This document shows, piece by piece, positions 58,796-64,000 of a stretch of DNA of 64,000 nucleotides. The DNA is taken from positions 1-64,000 of the forward strand of contig NZ_MWQY01000021.1 in NCBI RefSeq assembly GCF_002087085.1. The letters run 5' to 3'. The notes beneath the pieces are model-generated. The model saw nothing but the letters and a program-made list of their open reading frames with translations. It did not search any database and had not been told where the DNA came from. The stretch's first letter is position 1, and each line of letters begins with the position of its first letter. The position numbers were made by a program, and so were the translations under genes.

Positions 58796-60277
58796 TCAAT
58801 CCTGAATTCCCCGGTCTCGACGGTCATGACGAGGCAGCTCGACATTTGCGTCGAGACCGCTGCCGGACGCTTCCTGGTCGGGAGAATTATGGATTCCCAG
58901 GATTTCAAGGCGTGACCGCAGCCTGCGTTCGCTGATTTTCAGTCTCCGGGCCGCCTCGCTCTGGTTACCCTTTGCTTCCTTCAGGGCGCAGCTGATCAGC
59001 TGCTTTTCGAAGCTGTTCATCTTCTCCTGATAGTCGGTTCCGGTGGCTGAATCGCAGAGCTGATGAATCTCGTCCTCAAAGGATGTTTTGACTCCTGCAC
59101 TTTCCAGATCCCGAAGACTTATATGCGTACCCCGGGCCATAATGATTCCCCGCTCTATCATGTTCTCGAGTTCCCGCACATTACCGTGAAAAGGCAGTCT
59201 CATAAGAAGATCCAGGGCCTCCCGGGTGATCCCCTGTATGGAACGATTGTTCTTCAGATTGAAAATCCGGATAAAATGCTCAACCAGGGGGGGGATATCC
59301 TCTTTCCTGGCCCTCAGGGGCGGGATGGTTACATTCACGACATTGAGACGCCAGTACAGATCCGTCCTGAAGCTTCCTTCCGCCACCAGTCCTTCCAGAT
59401 CCCGGTTGGTGGCAGCAATTATGCGCACATTGAGCTGGCGGGTATGGTTTTCTCCCAGACGCTGGATCTGGCCGAACTGAATTGCCCGGAGCAGCTTTAC
59501 CTGTATGGAGGGGGGAATGTCTCCGACCTCATCAATAAAGAGGGAGCCTCCGTCGGCCTCCTCGAATCTGCCGGCACGGTCCTGATCCGCCCCGGTAAAA
59601 GAGCCCTTCGCATGGCCGAAGAGTTCACTCTCCATGAGGGACTCCGGCAGGGCCGCAATGTTTACCGTGACAAAGGGCTGTTCCTTCCGCAGGCTGGATT
59701 TGTGGATAAGCCGCGCCATGAGTTCTTTTCCCGTACCGCTTTCTCCGGTGATCAGTATAATTGCGTCGCTCCGGGCTGAACGGGATACGAGGTTAAGAAC
59801 CTGCTGCATTGCCCTGCTCTGAAACACAACCATGGAAAGGCCGTCAAAACTCTCCTCGATCTCCCGCTGTACTATCTGATTTTCCCGGACAACACAGCTC
59901 TTTTCAAAAATCCGGACAATGAGATGCTCGATCTCATCTTTTCTGGTGGGCTTTACCAGGTAATCGTCTCCGCCGTTCTGCAGGATGTGAACTGCATCCC
60001 GGGCATCTTCAAAAGCGGTCATTACCACGACACTGACAAGGGGGTTATCGGCCTTGATGCGCTTAAGAACCTCCAGACCGTTAATATCGGGAAGCCGGTA
60101 GTCCGTCAGAACAAGGTCCACGCTGCGGCTTTTTACTGTTTCCAGCCCCTGGGTACCGGTTTCGGCGCTCAGATATTCTATGGAGGGAAACTCGATTTTT
60201 TCGCAAATTACCCTGAGCAGCTCCAGCTGTGTCGCATCGTCATCAACAGCCAGAAGAGTGAACTGTGGGTTTTCCAT
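58796..60277 (-). CDS. NtrC-family sigma54-dependent response regulator (REC-AAA+-Fis HTH)
   Basis: VDDD, LTDYRLP, GESGTGKE, ESELFGH, GSFTGA, FIDEVG, GNVRELEN, GNQSEAAR. Confidence 0.93.
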   Translation of the reverse strand: MENPQFTLLAVDDDATQLELLRVICEKIEFPSIEYLSAETGTQGLETVKSRSVDLVLTDYRLPDINGLEVLKRIKADNPLVSVVVMTAFEDARDAVHILQNGGDDYLVKPTRKDEIEHLIVRIFEKSCVVRENQIVQREIEESFDGLSMVVFQSRAMQQVLNLVSRSARSDAIILITGESGTGKELMARLIHKSSLRKEQPFVTVNIAALPESLMESELFGHAKGSFTGADQDRAGRFEEADGGSLFIDEVGDIPPSIQVKLLRAIQFGQIQRLGENHTRQLNVRIIAATNRDLEGLVAEGSFRTDLYWRLNVVNVTIPPLRARKEDIPPLVEHFIRIFNLKNNRSIQGITREALDLLMRLPFHGNVRELENMIERGIIMARGTHISLRDLESAGVKTSFEDEIHQLCDSATGTDYQEKMNSFEKQLISCALKEAKGNQSEAARRLKISERRLRSRLEILGIHNSPDQEASGSGLDANVELPRHDRRDRGIQD

Positions 60278-60312
60278 ATATAGTTTATCGGCATTAAAGG
60301 GGAATACCCCAA

Positions 60313-61164
60313 TTACTGGGTATTTATATAGAGAATTGATTCGTGCTCGGGGCTCTGCCCGATAAGCTGACGGTAGAGATTGCGATAGTTTTTTGGGGAG
60401 CGTCCGGTATATTTCTTGAAAACCCGGGAAAAGTGGAACTCCGAGTTGAACTGAAGTCGCTCGGCGATCTGGTAGATATACATGTCACTGGAAATCAGCA
60501 TACTGGTGGCGGCTTCGATGCGCAATTTGGTCAGGTATTTCATGGGAGTGGTCTTGAGCTTATGCCTGAACAGACGGATAAGATGCTCCTCGGATATCCG
60601 CAGACGTCCTGCCAGGCTCTTCAGACTCGTACGTTTAAAAACAGAGTTCTGCATATGCATAAGGGCCTTTTCTATATGGATATTCTCCGTGTTCCCCTGC
60701 CGAAGGCTGCTGTCACCGCCCATAAGCAGGTATATAAAGGAGACAAGCTGATGTACGGCAGACATCTGCATATAGGCCGCCGCGGAAAGAGCTTTTTCCC
60801 TCAACTCCTCAAAGAAAAAGCGATAGGTGTTCCCTATCCTGTAGCAGCGCTGCCAGTTCAGATCCTGTTCCAGAAGTGAGCGAAGCTCACCGTCTTCGTC
60901 GTCAACCTGGAGCAGAAGGGCATAATAGGAGATCGGGTCTTCCGTATCGCTGGCTTCGATACGGTGCCGTACCCCCGGAGGGGAGATAAACAGGGAGCCC
61001 GGCTCAAGAATGAACCTCTGGTTGCCGTTCAGAAACCTTCCCTGGCCGCCCAGGAAATAGTGAACCTCGTATTCATCCGATCCATGGTAGTGAAAGCGGC
61101 TGTGCCACTGCATCTCATCGGGCTCCCTGAGATGATAGACAAAGACCGCTTCTTTTATAGTCAT
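60313..61164 (-). CDS. AraC-family regulator, divergent from xylBA
   Basis: Cupin N-terminus; IAERLQFNSEFHFSRVFKKYTGRSP. Confidence 0.88.
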   Translation of the reverse strand: MTIKEAVFVYHLREPDEMQWHSRFHYHGSDEYEVHYFLGGQGRFLNGNQRFILEPGSLFISPPGVRHRIEASDTEDPISYYALLLQVDDEDGELRSLLEQDLNWQRCYRIGNTYRFFFEELREKALSAAAYMQMSAVHQLVSFIYLLMGGDSSLRQGNTENIHIEKALMHMQNSVFKRTSLKSLAGRLRISEEHLIRLFRHKLKTTPMKYLTKLRIEAATSMLISSDMYIYQIAERLQFNSEFHFSRVFKKYTGRSPKNYRNLYRQLIGQSPEHESILYINTQ

Positions 61165-61253
61165 ATATCAATTTTATGCATGTTTTATCACTCCTGTCCA
61201 TGGGTTTTCTGCATCTCCGGGCTGATACTTTAAACAGTGACGGAGGAAAATTT

Positions 61254-62744
61254 ATGAGGACAGTAATAGGGATCGATGTAGGAACCCAAAGCACCAAGGT
61301 TGTCTTCTACGATTATGAAAATAAGCGTATTGCCGCTACAGGCAGCGCGTCTCACAATATCCTGTCCGGGGATGACGGAACCAGCGAACAGGAGGCTTCC
61401 TGGTGGATATCCGCCATTCAGGAGTCCATGTCCCGGGTTCCAGCAGAAATCCGCGAAACAGCCGTTGCGGTCGGGGTCTCAGGACAGCAGCACGGCTTTG
61501 TTCCCCTGGACAAGGACGGAAATGTGCTGTACCGGGTAAAACTCTGGAACGATACATCCACCGTGGCGGAATGCGAGGAGATTACCCGCGCCTTCGGGGG
61601 AGAGGAAAAACTGTTTCAGCAGGCCGGGAACCTTATCCTTCCCGGATACACCGCCGCCAAGATCCTCTGGCTTAAAAAACACAAACCGGAACTCTTTGCC
61701 CGCATGGCCCACGTGCTGCTTCCCCACGATTATGTGAACTTTGTATTGACCGGGGAATACAGCATGGAGTACGGCGACGCCTCGGGTACCGGTCTGCTGA
61801 ACATACGGGATCGCAGCTGGAACGCTGAACTCTGCGGGGTGATCGATCCGAAGCTGATTACCATGCTCCCGGAACACCGGGCTCCCGGAGACGGTGCAGG
61901 CACGGTCAGCGGAGAAGCAGCGGAGCGTTTCGGAATCCCCCGGGGAATTCCCGTTTCCACCGGCGGCGGAGACAACATGATGGCTGCCCTCGGAACAGGC
62001 ACTGTCCGGGACGGACAGGTCAGCATGAGTCTGGGCACATCCGGGACCCTCTTTGCCTTCTCGTCAAAGCCCATAATCGACTCTGCAGGCACCATTGCGG
62101 CTTTCTGCTCATCCAATGACGGATGGCTGCCCCTGTTATGCACCATGAACTGCACCGTGGCGACGGAACAGACCAGAAAGCTCTTTGATGTTGATGTTGA
62201 TCAGCTGGATGCACTGGTCGGCTCCGTCCCTCCCGGCAGCAACGGGGTTACCGTCCTGCCCTTCTTTACCGGCGAGCGGGTGCCGAACCTGCCCTTTGCC
62301 AGGGCAAGCATTATGGGGCTTTCTTCGACAAATACCGGCAGGGAGAACATTCTGAAGGCCTCCATGGAAGCTGCGATTTACGGCATGCGCCTCGGCTTGA
62401 ACAGCCTGTCAGAACTCGGTCTGTCGGCCCGGCAGATTACCCTGACCGGCGGAGGATCGAAGAGCAGGGTTTGGCGGCAACTGGCGGCGGACATCACCGG
62501 TGTCCCGGTCCGGCTGCCAAACTTTCACGACAGCGCAGCACTGGGGGCTGCCCTGCAGGCCCTCTGGTACCGGGATGTTTTTGAAAACACGGCAGGAGTC
62601 TCCTCCATGGCGGATTACGTGGAAGAGCATACCGGCAGCCAGGAGACGGAACTTATTGAACCCGGAAAAAACAGAGACGGATACCAGGAGGGCTACAAAC
62701 GTTACGCCCGTTATATTGAACTGCTGACACCACTGTACAAATAA
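61254..62744 (+). CDS. xylB: Xylulokinase
   Basis: GIDVGTQSTK, SGQQHG, LWND, DASGTG, GGGDN, SLGTSG; GGAGG RBS. Confidence 0.92.
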   Translation: MRTVIGIDVGTQSTKVVFYDYENKRIAATGSASHNILSGDDGTSEQEASWWISAIQESMSRVPAEIRETAVAVGVSGQQHGFVPLDKDGNVLYRVKLWNDTSTVAECEEITRAFGGEEKLFQQAGNLILPGYTAAKILWLKKHKPELFARMAHVLLPHDYVNFVLTGEYSMEYGDASGTGLLNIRDRSWNAELCGVIDPKLITMLPEHRAPGDGAGTVSGEAAERFGIPRGIPVSTGGGDNMMAALGTGTVRDGQVSMSLGTSGTLFAFSSKPIIDSAGTIAAFCSSNDGWLPLLCTMNCTVATEQTRKLFDVDVDQLDALVGSVPPGSNGVTVLPFFTGERVPNLPFARASIMGLSSTNTGRENILKASMEAAIYGMRLGLNSLSELGLSARQITLTGGGSKSRVWRQLAADITGVPVRLPNFHDSAALGAALQALWYRDVFENTAGVSSMADYVEEHTGSQETELIEPGKNRDGYQEGYKRYARYIELLTPLYK

Positions 62745-62762
62745 ACTCTCAGAGGAGGAGAT

Positions 62763-64000
62763 ATGAGCAAGGTATTTATTGGTGGGAAAGAGTATTTTCC
62801 CGGAATAGGCAAAATCAACTACGAAGGAAAAGAGTCGGACAATCCCCTGGCCTTCAAGTTCTACGACGAGAACTGGATTGTTGCAGGCAAAAGCATGAAG
62901 GAGCATCTGCGTTTCGCCGTCGCCTACTGGCACACCCTGACGGAAGACGGTTCGGATCCCTTCGGCGACGCCACCCAGGACCGTCCCTGGAATCAGGCCA
63001 AGGATCCTTTGAAGGAGGCGGAAGAGAAGGCCGATGCCGCTTTTGAGTTCTTTACAAAACTGGGAGCTCCCTACTACTGCTTCCACGATGTAGACGCAGC
63101 CCCCGATGCCGACGACGTGAAGGAATACGAAAAGAACGTCGAAACCGTCACTTCCATGCTGCTGGAACGGCAGAAGGCAACGGGAATGAAACTCCTGTGG
63201 AATACGGCAAACATGTTTTCCCATCCGCGCTACATGAACGGAGCAGCCACGAACCCGGATTTCCGGGTACTCTCCCGGGCTGCAGTCCAGGTAAAGGCGA
63301 TGCTTGATGCAAACGTAAAGCTGGGGGGAGAAAACTATGTATTCTGGGGCGGCCGTGAAGGATACACCCAGCTCTTCAACACCGACATGAAACGGGAACA
63401 GGAACACCTGGCCCGTTTTCTCTCCTTGGCACGGGATTATGGGCGTAAGATCGGCTTTAAAGGGCCCTTCCTCATCGAACCGAAACCCATGGAACCCTCC
63501 AAGCACCAGTACGACAGCGATGCCGCCGCGGTAATCGCCTTCCTGAAAACCTACGATCTGGCCGGAGATTTCATGATCAACATAGAAGCCAACCATGCCA
63601 CCCTGGCTGGAAAGGCTTTTCCTCACGACCTTGCCGTGGCCGCCAACGCGGGCCTTCTCGGCTCCATTGATGCCAACCGTGGGGATCCCCAGAACGGCTG
63701 GGATACCGACCAGTTTCCCACAGATGTCTACGACGCCACCCACGCAATGCTGGTTGTACTTCAGAACGGTGGGCTTGGAAGCGGCGGCCTGAACTTCGAT
63801 GCCAAGGTACGGCGTAACTCCACCGATCTTGAGGATCTTTTCCATGCCCATATCGGGGGAATGGACACCTTTGCCATCGCCCTGGAGGCAGCGGACAGGA
63901 TAATCGCCCGGGGTCTTGTGAAGAAATTCCGGGACTCCCGCTACGAAAGCTATAACAGCGGCAGGGGAGCAGAGTTTGAGCAGGGTAAACTCAGCTTTGA
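62763..64000 (+). CDS. xylA: Xylose isomerase (class II), truncated by the window end; not in the ORF track
   Basis: GAGGAGG RBS; hand translation [22 protein letters not shown]...[43 protein letters not shown]. Confidence 0.95.
   Translation, partial: MSKVFIGGKEYFPGIGKINYEGKESDNPLAFKFYDENWIVAGKSMKEHLRFAVAYWHTLTEDGSDPFGDATQDRPWNQAKDPLKEAEEKADAAFEFFTKLGAPYYCFHDVDAAPDADDVKEYEKNVETVTSMLLERQKATGMKLLWNTANMFSHPRYMNGAATNPDFRVLSRAAVQVKAMLDANVKLGGENYVFWGGREGYTQLFNTDMKREQEHLARFLSLARDYGRKIGFKGPFLIEPKPMEPSKHQYDSDAAAVIAFLKTYDLAGDFMINIEANHATLAGKAFPHDLAVAANAGLLGSIDANRGDPQNGWDTDQFPTDVYDATHAMLVVLQNGGLGSGGLNFDAKVRRNSTDLEDLFHAHIGGMDTFAIALEAADRIIARGLVKKFRDSRYESYNSGRGAEFEQGKLSF

Noticed and set aside
62409..63851. 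480-aa minus-strand ORF
   Set aside because: Antisense shadow of xylA, which is on the plus strand and absent from the track because it runs off the window.
1..64000. CRISPR arrays, tRNA/rRNA, IS elements or integrases
   Set aside because: None recognised by eye; tRNAscan-SE, Infernal and ISEScan would be needed to exclude them formally.

Overview
Bacterial chromosomal window. The host is probably a free-living spirochaete-like anaerobe, but that is an impression from the gene set and was not verified. About 1-39.3 kb is a compositionally mosaic exopolysaccharide (EPS) island: AT-rich below ~21 kb, intermediate to ~34 kb and GC-rich after that. It contains a Wzx/Wzy-type EPS operon and an ACP/AcpS/AMP-ligase/AsnB/NadE-like tailoring module with PilZ and CsgD/VpsT-like regulators. 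Embedded in it is a complete kinase-type lasso-peptide gene cluster: B1 (RRE), B2, C, A, kinase, ABC exporter, S8 protease and a convergent nucleotidyltransferase. The 40-aa precursor gene (26599..26721, minus strand) is missing from the ORF track; its predicted core is GEGWRGNSDSFWIFSWGVSG. It is bracketed by a 24/25-bp inverted repeat, and the cyclase appears to start at CTG. The rest of the window holds hisF, hisH, ileS, a CoA-disulfide reductase-rhodanese-TusA-DsrE fusion, a diguanylate cyclase, transporters, a sigma54-driven chaperone-usher pilus operon with an NtrC-type activator, and araC-xylB-xylA (xylA truncated by the window end). No tRNA, rRNA, CRISPR array, transposase or integrase was recognised.
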